Part shown: positions 36,290 to 48,440 of the stretch, in pieces
How positions within the stretch are numbered: the first letter of the stretch is position 1
Layout: every line of letters starts with the position of its first letter
NCBI GenBank assembly: GCA_951406725.2
Contig: OX597817.1
Location: 43,152,001-43,216,000 of the forward strand
Length of the DNA stretch: 64,000 nucleotides
Reading direction: 5' to 3'
From: Octopus vulgaris
Lineage: Eukaryota
Program-made: the position numbers and the translations under genes
Notes under the pieces: generated by a model
Databases searched by the model: none
Told to the model about the DNA's origin: nothing
The model's input: only the letters and a program-made list of their open reading frames with translations

Positions 36290-37975
36290 CATGTACTCTA
36301 CAGAGCACATATTAATTCATCTAAGCGAAAAATACTATTCACAAAATGTCTCAACGGAGAAATTAAACCATAATCAAATGGGAAACATACAACAGAAAAA
36401 AATGAATTTCGGAGACCAATGGGATAAGTACCAAGCTTAAAAGGTAAGTAAGCGAGTAGATTTGTTCGACAATAAAACTGTGACCCACAATGTATTTGCA
36501 GTGTCACTACTCATACCAACGTTTGGGCTACTTGATTGGACGCTTGATGAGATCCGAGCCATTGATGTGAAAACCAGGAAGATACTAACCAGTACACATA
36601 ATTTTCTCATCAACAGTGACGTAGACTGTCTCTACCTAAAACGAAGACAAGGGGGCAGAGGTTTAACATCAATCCAGACTGCCTGTGAATGTCGTATCAT
36701 AACCACCAAGCGTCGAAATGTATACTTTGACCAAGTTAATAATGACCTAGTAATAATAATGTTATAATTTCGTGTTAATGGGAGCAGAGATATTTTATAA
36801 ATTTCTGTGCATTTTTCTTCTCTATAACATACATACATACATACATACGTGCATACATACATACATACATACATACATACATACATACATACATACATAC
36901 ATACATACATACATACATACATGCATGCATACATACATACATACATACATACATACATACATACATACATACATACAAACATACAAATCTATCTATCTAC
37001 ATAAATATCGGTGTCGATTCATTCGACAAAGATTTTTCAAGATAGTGCCCCAGCACATGAGGCTGAAAACATCATGAGACTTGGAAAGCAGCTCCTTGAG
37101 CAGAATTCCTTGCCTGATAACCTTAAATACATGTCCAAAGAAGTCGCATGACTCTACTGCAACGTATCATCAGATGAAATGATGAGTGTATATCAGCAGA
37201 AGATCATGCATGGATGTTAGTAGAGAGCTCCGGGATGATAGTAATATTGATCATCAAAGCAGTCTGTCATGGACCAACACCAGGATTACTAACTTTGAAG
37301 GGTATATGTTTGCAATCCAGGAACAGGAAATATCAAACAAATACCTGATGCGCAAAAAGGGATAGAGATGCAGGAGAAGCAATAAAATGTGACAACCGAT
37401 GCAAACTTTGTGGAATTAACACCGAAGATATCACCCACATCATAAGCAGTTGTCCGAAAATGTCGTCACGGTATTATCTACAGATGAGATATGATGTTGT
37501 AGCTAGGACGCTGTATATTGAAATCCGTCGGAAGGATAACCCCGAAGCCAAAGAAATAAGGACCTACAGTATGGTAGCAGCCATAACCACTCATACTAAA
37601 AGGAGTACTGGTGGAATGTCCCAGTGAAGACCTCAGTAAAATGTAAACACAATATACCTCATATAATGATTTGGGATAGAGGAGAGAAACAGTTGTGTAA
37701 ATCAGCTGCCCAGCGGATTTTAACATAAAGCTAAAGATCAGCAAAAAAGAAAATACTATTGAGGAATCTACAGCTACTCTATCCAGATTACAAGTTCAGG
37801 CTTATAGCGGTAATTATTGGGGCCCTGGGATATGTAACACACTACCTAAATACCAATCCTGAGAAATTAGGCTTCTCAAAACCAGAAAGGAGAAAGCTGA
37901 TTCGAAGGCTACAGATCCATGCCATCACTAGAACTGTAAAAATCTATAAAACTTCCCAGAAGTTTATCATTCAAG
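36290..37975 (+). mobile_element. Degraded R4/Dong-clade non-LTR retrotransposon (post-RT region and RLE)
   Basis: IDVKTRKIL, DVDCLYLKRRQGGRGL, AIQEQ, CKLC...HIISSC, VIIGALG; many frameshifts; interrupted by (TACA)n. Confidence 0.8.
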
Positions 37976-39231
37976 TATATGAGCATGTCTAGACATGCAA
38001 CAATATACATACATAAAACAAAACATACACATCTGCACATATACATACATACATACATACATACATACATGCATACATGCATACATACATACATACATAC
38101 ATACATACATGCATACATACATACATATACGCACACACATACACTTATATGTATATATATATATATATAATATTGTAGACACGCATATATGTGCATGTAT
38201 GTATGTGTACATACACACACATACATCTATGTGTATATGTATGTATGCATGTATGTATGTATGTATGTATGTATGTATGTATGTATGTATGTATGTATGT
38301 ATGTATGTATGCATGTATGTATGTATGTAGCAACTAGACTACGATAGTCAGAGGAGGTTGAAGAAAAACAGTACCCATGACCTTTGCAGACTCTCCAGAC
38401 AGGTGACATTGATGTCCAGTCAAAACATCTTCAGAAAAGACAGAAAAGAACGAAGCCAACCGTGGTGATGTTAAACAGAAAAGCGTCCGGCGCTTAAATT
38501 AACAATTAATATTTTTCGTTCATCAATGGAGGTCTACGGTTTGTATTTTTGTTTTACTGTTAACTCTTAATTTGTTCTGTCTGCTTTGTTGTGGATAGGT
38601 ACCACACAGAAAATAGGAACACTTCTCAATTTGCTTTGAGAGTCGCAGAGGCTTCTAAAATTGGCGATTGATTTATTAGTCAATCGTAGTTCCTTCCAAA
38701 CGAAGGAACTTTGGATAAGAAATCAAGATACAACGAGCTATAACGAGGAGATTGCTATGCAGTCAATCAACCTGCTAGAGATAGCAGCCAGATCACTTCC
38801 CAATTCAATTTAACAGTCTATCATAGTGATCAATCACATAGGAATCTCCTCTATATCGCTCCTTGTTTCTCTTTTGATTAGATACTACGAATTTATCCAT
38901 AACAAGACGTATGCCTTGCACGCTATATCTAAAAAAAATCCTCAAAATAAAACAAGCGCAAAATCAGGATCGCCATAGTTGAAACCAGAGACGTAACTAG
39001 AGTGTGCTGCCCGGTGCAGCTTTTGATTTCTTCCGACTCCACCCTCTGCTTTCTACACAAATTTATACAGTAGACTCCGAGGTGCCGCCCTCATAAAAGT
39101 GTTGCTCCCTCACTGCACTTAGCTACTCTACTGTTTGAACTATCTTAGATTATAATTGTGCTCGATCAGGGCTGACAGTAGCAGAAATAACATAGTTATC
39201 CTCCTCCTCCTCCTCCTCCTCCTCCTCCTCC

Positions 39232-39270
<39 letters not shown>

Positions 39271-39753
39271 ATAACAACAACCCAATATACATTACATGCT
39301 GGTTGAGCCTATCACGACCCAGTAGATTAAGAAACTTCACAATTTATTCATATACTTTGTCAAAATATATTTTGTTGTCACGTTGGGATTTTTGTTCTAA
39401 AATTACTCTACAGCAAGTGAACATGTTTAAACCTATAATTTCCTATTCCTGTGCAACAACTAGCGTGATTTAGTTTGCTAAATAGATTATTCCGAAAGTG
39501 TCATTGATAAAGTATGGAGAACAATGAAAAGTGACTTTAATGTATCTTATGGGAAGAAGTTGAATGATTGGCAAACGTATCGAAGTTTCTCAGGAAACGA
39601 ATTTCTATTAAAAAGAATTGTAAAAACCGAGTGCGTGCAACAGCCCGGATGAACTAATTATTGGAAATTTTATATAGAGAAGAGAAGGGAAGAGAAGGAG
39701 AGAGAGAGACGATACGAGAAGCAAAGAGAAGCGAAGAGAAGAGAAGAAAGAGG

Positions 39754-39808
<55 letters not shown>

Positions 39809-40244
39809 GGCATTCTATTTTAAAAAATACTTTTATTGCTAGCAATATAAGCATTTTAAGGTATTTCGGCAAAATCAATTTCTACGAAGCTTAGCTTTGC
39901 AAATATAACCACAAGCAGTTTATGATTATATATTTGTTCGGGAAAAACCTTTACGTTCCAAATCAAAACTTTGCGACGAAGTTCATACACAATTTATTTT
40001 CATTTGTAGAAAAAAAAAAAAAAATAGAAAAAGAATTTATTACGTTTTTGTTTTTGGTCAGAACTGTTTCTGTTGGTCAGTGTTCTTAGATTATTTTTTA
40101 AACTAAGGTATTTATATGTTCTTATCAATTAGGTGGCGAAAGGTGGCAGAAGGCTTAGTAGCATTTCGTTTTTCTTCGTGTTCTGAGTTCAAATTCCGCC
40201 GAAGTCGACTTTGCTTTTCGTCCATTCGGGATCGCTGAAATAAA

Positions 40245-40660
40245 TATTTCCTTACTACCCACAAAGGGCTAAACACAGAGGGGACAAACAAGGACAGACA
40301 AACGGATTAAGTCGATTATATTGAACCCAGTGCGTAACTGGTACTTATTTAATCGACCCCGAAAGGATGAAAGGCAAAGTCGACCTCGGCGGAATTTGAA
40401 CTCAGAACGTAGCGGCAGACGAAATACCTATTTCTTTATTACCCACAAGGGGCTAAACACAGAGGGGACAAACAAGGACAGACAAACGGATTAAGTCGAT
40501 TATATTGACCCCAGTGCGTAACTGGTACTTATTTAATCGACCCCGAAAGGATGAAAAGCAAAGTCGACCTCGGTGGAATTTGAACTCAGACCGTAGCGGC
40601 AGACGAAATACCGCTAAGCATTTCGCCCGGCGTGCTAACGATTCTGCCAGCTCGCCGCCC
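40245..40660 (-). repeat. SINE family A dimer nested in an older plus-strand family A copy (about 40131-40760)
   Basis: Unit starts at 40245 and 40429 (184 bp), with a single head. Confidence 0.85.
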
Positions 40661-41223
40661 CTAAACATTAGTGGAGCACTGGGGTTCATGTAATCGACTA
40701 GCCCCTCTCTTACAAAAAAATTTCTAGCATTGTGCCTATAGAAGAAAGGATTAATCAAACCCCTCCCCCTAAAATCACTAGCCTTGGTTCAAGATTCGGA
40801 AACGATTAATTTCTAAAAGACAGTTGTTGGCAGAATCGGCAGAACCAAATAAAATATCTTGAGATATTTAAATATGTCACTTCACGTTCTGAGATCAAAT
40901 GTCACCATAGTCGATTTTACCTCTTCGAATCTATTAAAAGAAATGCTTTAGTACTGAAGTCAGGTTAATCGACTAAACATTTGTTCCAGAATTGGTGTTT
41001 GTTATGTCTTATTAGTAATACATTACTCCTTTACTTCTCCTTTTCTTGTTTCAGTCATTTGACTGTGGCCATGCTGGGGCACCGCCTTTAGTCGAGCAAA
41101 TCGACCCCAGGACTTATTCTTTGTAAGCCTAGTACTTATTCTATCGGTCGCTTTTGCCGAACCGCTAGGTTGCGGTGACGTAAACACACCAGCATCGGTT
41201 GTCAAGCGATGTGGGGGGGGGGG

Positions 41224-41254
<31 letters not shown>

Positions 41255-41927
41255 TACGACGGGCTTCTTTCAATTTCCGTCTACCAAATCCACTCACAAG
41301 GCTTTGGTCAGCCGAGGCTATAGTAGAAGACACTTGCCCAAGGTGCCACGCAATAGGACTGAACCCGAAACCATGTGGTTCGTAAACAAGCTACTTACCA
41401 CACAGCCACTCCTACGCCTATTATCAAAATTATTGCTTGTCGTTACAAACAGAAGGAAGTGCAACAACGTCTATGATTACTGGGAGTTCTGTCCCAAATG
41501 CTTTTAACAGAGTAGACTCTATAAAAAGGTTCCAAAGAGTCAAGTTGGGTGTTAAACCGAGTGGTGCTTCACTAAGAAGTTGGCTATTGACAAAATGTAC
41601 GTATGTAGTATTGGATTTATCTGATAACTTTAAACAGCTGCTGGAGCTCTTACAAAAAGTTATTAATTATTAATCCTTTCTACTATAGGCACAAGGCCTG
41701 AAATGTTGGAGTGAAGGAGCTAGTCGATTACATCGATCCCAAAAGGATGAAAGGTAAAGTCGACCATGGCGGAATTTGAACTCAGAACGTAAAGACGGAT
41801 GAATTGTCGCCAAGAATTATGTCTGGTGTGTTAACGATTCTGCCTGCTCGAGCAAACGAGGGATCGTCTACGTAGCTCCCCGAGTAACTAGAAATAACTG
41901 CCCAAATTTCTTACTAGTCATATTCTA

Positions 41928-42493
41928 TTGGGTTGTCCGGAAAGTTTGTGCCGATTTATAGTAGCTTACCTTTCGACTTATTTTAGAACATGGTTGAATC
42001 TATAAAATATGATTTGACTACACCTCCATTTAGAACACAGTTTAAGCTATCTTTTTGTGGAAGAAGGTTTATGTTTCTATAACCTGTATTAATTCTGTAA
42101 CCCTTTAAAATGGAAGATAAGAAAGTTCATTATCGGCACTTGATGCTTTGGGAACCAGACAAAAATTGCTGCAGCTCGGTTGGGATGTGTTACCCCACCC
42201 TCCATATTTACCAGATATTGCTCCTTTGGATTTCCACTTATTCAGGTCTCTGCAGAATAGTCTTAATGGTAAAAATTTAAATTCCTTGGATGACGTAAAA
42301 AGATACCTTGATGAATTCTTTACCATGAAACCACCTCAATTCTGGAAAGAGGGTATTTTCAAGTTAAAGGAAAGATGGAGACGCATTGTGCAACAAAATG
42401 GTTCATATTTGGTTGATTAAAAATGTAATGGCAAGTATTTATCGACCTTTTTCTTTCCTTTAAAAATCGGCACGAACTTTCCGGAGAACCCAA
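41928..42493 (+). mobile_element. Internally deleted mariner element, copy 1
   Basis: TIRs TTGGGTTGTCCGGAAAGTT.GTGCCGATTT, TA TSD; transposase C-terminus HPPYLPDIAPLDFHLF (YSPDLAP motif). Confidence 0.92.
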
Positions 42494-43838
42494 TACATTG
42501 AAAAAAGGTTATCCTGTGTTTCTTACACTTAGTACAAAGGTGAGACAAGCACGACAGGAATGCCTTTGCTAATACTTTTAGTAATAGGTTTGCTCGATGA
42601 AGGCTGACCTGGGGCTAAACAACGACGACATCAACAATAAAAACAAAACAAAACAAGCAATATCAGCAACAACTGAAGTTTGAACAAAAATAGAAATATT
42701 GATGGTGACGGCAACGAAAATGACGAAACGGGGATAGACATTGTGTTTACCTAAGCTATCGTCTGCAAATTGAAATCCTAACCTTAGGGAGTTTTAACGG
42801 TTGAAACATTGGGAGTGTCCTTATTGCACGCAACAGTTTAGTATCTTCATTGTTTCAATAACAAGTAGTTTCTAAAACGCTCGGGGCCCTTAATATGTGT
42901 GTGTGCGTTAGTATTTCAGTTAAGTAGGCTGACAACCCGTACGCAGGATCACATGTTCTTTTCAAGAAGAAAAAAATTCTCAAGTGAGATTTCTTTTTAT
43001 ATGCTTTCTTTTTTCTTTTTTGAGATCTGGTTTTAATCTTTCACGATGTCGTCAAATCTAGAAGCAGAAACTGGGCATTTTAATTCATGGAAATTAAACG
43101 AAACAAACCAACAAAAATAAAGAACAAACAAATACTAATATTCTGTTTGAGTTTTGATGTGACTGACAGCAAACACCTATCCACGTAAGCAATAAGACAA
43201 AATAATCAAAACAGACGAAACTAGCTGAGATTTAGTTAATTAATTTAGGCGAGTACATTGTTTTGTTATGTAGTAGAAAATACGCAGAATACGTTGCACG
43301 TGTGTAGAAGCAGACAGAGCAACAATAAATAGCTTAGAAAGTATACAACTTAATATATATTAACAGGAAATACGAAGATACTGTACAACCAACTTGTACA
43401 AATTATGCACAAATGACACAAATGGCGCGCAAATCATAGAAAACAAAAAAGATGACAAACGAGAATGAAAGATTTGGAATATAAGGAAATTGTATAACAA
43501 ATTGTAGGAGGTAAAGCAACTGTACAAAGTTGATGTAAGGAAAAACCGTGTGCTAGCTTTGAGATATTTTACAGTGATCAAGTCCTATCCAATACTCCAG
43601 TGATGTGATTTGGATTCTGTTTCTCGTCTTCAATTTGGATTACTGAATTAAAAGTTCCCTTTTCTGTTGGATTACGACAATCTCAGATTACCAAACACTT
43701 TACATTGGATTTATTACGAAGCCAAAGAATTAAATCAGAATGGCAGCTAACGAAAAAGAATCTGCAGAGGTAAATTTTACTCTCTTTTCTTTCTTTAACA
43801 TATATATGCGAGTGTTTGCGTCTGTGTGTGTTTGTGTG

Positions 43839-43870
<32 letters not shown>

Positions 43871-43913
43871 CATACATACATACATACATACATACGTACG
43901 TACGTACGTACGT

Positions 43914-43951
<38 letters not shown>

Positions 43952-43973
43952 TCACACACACATATATATTCCC

Positions 43974-44037
<64 letters not shown>

Positions 44038-44601
44038 TCCCTGCAACGGACTGGCGTCTCGTCCAGGTGTGTGTATGTATGTGTGTGCGTGGATAATCAT
44101 ATACACCGCAGAATCCAGTCCTTATGAGTTCGGGAAGGACCTACGATATATAGGTTTCAAATTTTGGCACAAGGCCAGCAATTTCGTGGGTGGGGAGTCG
44201 ATTTTATATACACCCCACCGCTCAATTGGTACTTATCTTATCGACCCCAAAAGGAGGATAAGCAAACTGGACCTCTGCGAAATTTGAACTCACAAAGTAA
44301 ATGCGGATAAAATGCAACTACGTCTTTTACCCGACGTACAAAGGATTCTACCAGCTCCCCGCCCCTTTAGTCGAGCAAACCCAGGAATTATTCTTTGTAA
44401 GCTTTGTACTTATTCTATCGGTCTTTTGCCGAACCGCTATGTAACGGGGACGTAAACACACCAACATAGGTTGTCAAGTGAGGTTGGGGAACAAACACAG
44501 ACACACAAACATATACACACACACATACATACATACATACATACATAAATACATACATACATACATACGTACATACATACATATATACATACATACACAC
44601 A

Positions 44602-44633
<32 letters not shown>

Positions 44634-44651
44634 CATATACATACATATATA

Positions 44652-44899
44652 TAACAGGTTTTGTAGAATTTTCTGCTGCTTTAAATAAAGTATATTACTC
44701 TACCACTGGTATTTGAGTACTCTTTTTTTCCATCTTATTTCACATTTATGTGTTTACTCCGGTATATATATATATATATATATATATACCGGAGTAAACA
44801 CATAAATGTGAAACAAGGTGGAAAAAAAGAGTACTCAAATACCAGTGGTAGAGTAATATGCTTTACTTAAAGCAGCAGAAAATTCTACAAAACCTGTTA
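44652..44899. repeat. Long palindrome: 111-bp arms (44652-44762 / 44789-44899) around a (TA)n spacer
   Basis: Arms are reverse complements with about 4 mismatches. Confidence 0.95.
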
Positions 44900-44931
44900 C
44901 TCTGAGTTTCGCGTTGCTGTTCATCGGACAG
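44894..44931 (-). ncRNA. Degenerate type I hammerhead ribozyme (Penelope-like terminal repeat)
   Basis: Minus strand CUGU-CCGAUGA-acagcaacgc-GAAACUCAGAGUA-ACAG; U4C core variant, decayed stem II, palindromic stem III, GUA triplet. Confidence 0.55.
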
Positions 44932-44939
44932 TTTTTGCT

Positions 44940-44973
44940 AGAATATATCTATATATCTATGTATAAATGTATG

Positions 44974-45033
<60 letters not shown>

Positions 45034-45109
45034 TACATTTATACATAGATATATAGATAGATATATATATGTACATATATACACACACATATATTTATAC
45101 ATACATACA

Positions 45110-45158
<49 letters not shown>

Positions 45159-45309
45159 GCGCAAACACACATATATATACACATATGTATATTCATATGT
45201 ATATGCATACACAAAAATATAATATACCTTTATGTCCTATACACATAGATGTATACATATGCACAAATGAGTATACATGTCTCTCTATATATATATTTAT
45301 ATGCATGCA

Positions 45310-45340
<31 letters not shown>

Positions 45341-45440
45341 ATATATATATATATATATATATACATATATATATACGTATATATACACATATGTATATGT
45401 GTAAATACAAACGTACATGTATACAAATACACATACACAC

Positions 45441-45486
<46 letters not shown>

Positions 45487-45512
45487 GGGGATATATATAT
45501 ACATATATATAT
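44940..45512. repeat. Compound (TA)/(CA)/(TACA) microsatellite field; similar fields about 30314-30425, 35605-35705, 36826-36975, 38020-38330, 43840-44030, 46206-46335, 53920-54040, 54187-54272
   Basis: Directly visible; the source of most low-complexity ORFs in the track. Confidence 0.95.
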
Positions 45513-45513
45513 A

Positions 45514-45901
45514 GGGGTCACCCGGACTCCCGCTTTTGCCGTGAGCAGAAATTAATCTCCTTTTTTTGGCGCCTTATGGGCTCAACGCACTACCTCTCTT
45601 CATTAGATACCATCCCCATAGGGAATCACACACGCATACTACATCCAACTGCTTCTCCTTCACCTACACACCTGCATGCCGCCTACCTCGGCACCTTCAT
45701 CACACACACACCACTATACAAACTCCCATATACAGTGTTCAACTAATTACTCACTTCACATAGCATTACACACCCACAAACACCTTCTCATTCCATACAC
45801 ACTAGCATCGAACGCTTCCCAGCACCCACACCTCACACCATTATCCACCCCCCCCACACACTTGCTCACCATAGTTCGTTGGGAGTTACCATTACCATTA
45901 C

Positions 45902-45959
<58 letters not shown>

Positions 45960-46200
45960 GTTATTATTATTATTATCTCCCTTTCATTCAACCTCTTTTA
46001 CCCAGTAATCTCGCCGTGTTGGACCGTTGAACTCTGCACATTTTTCTCACTCTTCATTTCTTTCATTCTCTCTCCATTTCCCCCCCTCTTAATCCTTTCT
46101 GTCGAAGAGCGTAGGCTCGAAATGTAAAATACTTTTTCCATTTTTCCCGAGCGTCAAGCTAATACTTGCTTGTTGTTCGTCTTTTGTTTTCTGTAAATTT
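45514..46200 (+). mobile_element. Penelope-like element 3' end (GIY-YIG C-terminus and 3' region)
   Basis: [12 protein letters not shown]...APYGLN resembles the R..RE...I..L....P.GLN motif; begins at a (TA)n tract; followed by a hammerhead-like motif. Confidence 0.6.
46095..46130 (+). ncRNA. Degenerate variant-core hammerhead in a Penelope-like 3' region
   Basis: CUUU-CUGUCGA-A-GAGC(guag)GCUC-GAAAUGUA-AAAU; perfect stem II, altered core, downstream of a GIY-YIG C-terminus. Confidence 0.4.
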
Positions 46201-46215
46201 GAACTACACACATAC

Positions 46216-46267
<52 letters not shown>

Positions 46268-46268
46268 G

Positions 46269-46302
<34 letters not shown>

Positions 46303-47263
46303 TACGCGCGCGCGCACACACACACACACACACACAAACGAAAGCTTCTGTTTGAATATTAGCATTAATAGGTATCATCATATTCAATCGTCAGGTGCAA
46401 ATACATACGCGCATTTGCCTCTGATGACGGTCTCATGAACATTCCGAAATGCTTGATGTGCACGTATAGTTAACACTCAATAAACGTATATAGATTCTGC
46501 AGTATAAGATGTGCTGAGTATTTTATTAAATAGTGACTTCATAGTTAGTTTTATAACTAAGAAATTCAAATACCCGCAGTCCCACATATCTTATAGTCAT
46601 ATCAAGTGTGATTACAACCGGTGAGACCTTGAGTCGAAACGGTTGCAATGTGGTCATATGTATGTAGGATGGTTGTGTGGTAAGAAGCTTGCATCCCAAG
46701 TACATAGTTCAGCATTTAGTCCCACTGCGTGGAACCTTGTGAGTGGATTTGGTAGACTGAAACTGAAAGACGCCCGTCCTATATATCTTTTACTCTTTTT
46801 TTACTCTTTTACTTGTTTCAGTCACTTGACTGCAGCCATGCTGGAGCACCGCCTTTAATCGAGCAACTCGACCGCGGGACTTATTCTTTGTAAGCCCAAT
46901 ACTTATTCTATCGGTCTCTTTTGCCGAACCGCTAAGTGTCGGGGACATAAACACGCCAGCATCGGTTGTCAAGCAATGCTAGGGGGACAAACACAAACAT
47001 ACACGCACACACACATATACATATATATACATATATACGACGGGCTTCTTTCAGTTTCCGTCTACCAAATCCACTCACAAGGCTTTGGTCGGCCCGAGGC
47101 TATAGCAGAAGACACTTGCCCAAGGTGCCACGCAGTGGGACTGAACCCGGTACCATGTGGTTGGTAAACAAGCTACTTACCACACAGCCACTCCTGCTAA
47201 TTATATATATATATATAATTAATAATATCAAAGGGTAAACAGAAATAATAGAAATTTCTTTTA

Positions 47264-47306
<43 letters not shown>

Positions 47307-47568
47307 CACAAATTTATATACATGTATATATTTCTGTGTATGTGTCTTTGTGTCTATATTTGTACCTCCCTCATCATTGCTTGACAACCGATGTTGCTGT
47401 GTCTACGTCTCCGTAACTTAGCGGTCCGACAAAAGATACCGATAGAACAAGTACTGGGCTTACAAAGAATAATTCCCGGGTTCGATTTCTTCAAGTAAAA
47501 AGCCCTTTAAGGTGGTGCTCCAGCATTGCCGCAGTCAAATAACTGAAACAAATAAAAGAATAAAAGGA

Positions 47569-47639
<71 letters not shown>

Positions 47640-48087
47640 AATACAGTCGTGGTACAAACAGTTGGTTAGCTTCAAGTATAGACAGGGTTTGTATAGAGAA
47701 TATGACAAAGTAGATGGTAATCGATAAATTTTATTAATCACTGTATCCAATACATTTCATTCGATATCGAATTGGATAGAAATTCCGATAACTGTCACTA
47801 TACAACTCCAGTATACAACAACAAAAATTGGTAATTAAATATGCCTGTAAATGATATACTATAATACATTTGTGAATGAAGGGAATAGAGGTAGTTGTTA
47901 CGTACTACATATGTTTTAAAAGATTCACCGAACGAATATTACGCAACTTTAAGGTGCTACATAGATGTTCAGCATCGGGTAATGTCATTCATGAGGTCGT
48001 GAATGGTGACGAAAGGACTCTGATTGATTGCTTCATCGAACGATTAAGGACACAATCGAGTACACATTTGGTTGAATAAACAAACCC

Positions 48088-48151
<64 letters not shown>

Positions 48152-48216
48152 GTGAAGTAGAACCTGTGCATGTGTTTATTTTTGACATAATGACCCTCAG
48201 AAGATACAACAAAACG

Positions 48217-48259
<43 letters not shown>

Positions 48260-48440
48260 AACACACACAATATAGACTGTAACTCCGAGGTTAATACTAG
48301 CACAGAGATTACTGACACAACGCCTATTGATGCTGAGATGAATTTGAATGATACGACAGTTGAAGGAAATATAAATAATAACAGAAATAAAAATAACACA
48401 CACGGTAGTAGTAGTAGGATTATTATTATTATTATTATTA

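Noticed and set aside
43683-45521. Many overlapping YI/MYVC/HTYI ORFs (also near 36.6-38.4 kb, 46 kb and 54 kb)
   Set aside because: Stop-free di- and tetranucleotide repeats, not genes
46405-46470. CTGATGA...CCGAAA hammerhead-like core
   Set aside because: No NUH triplet or proximal stem I in register after GAAA; at best a deleted relic
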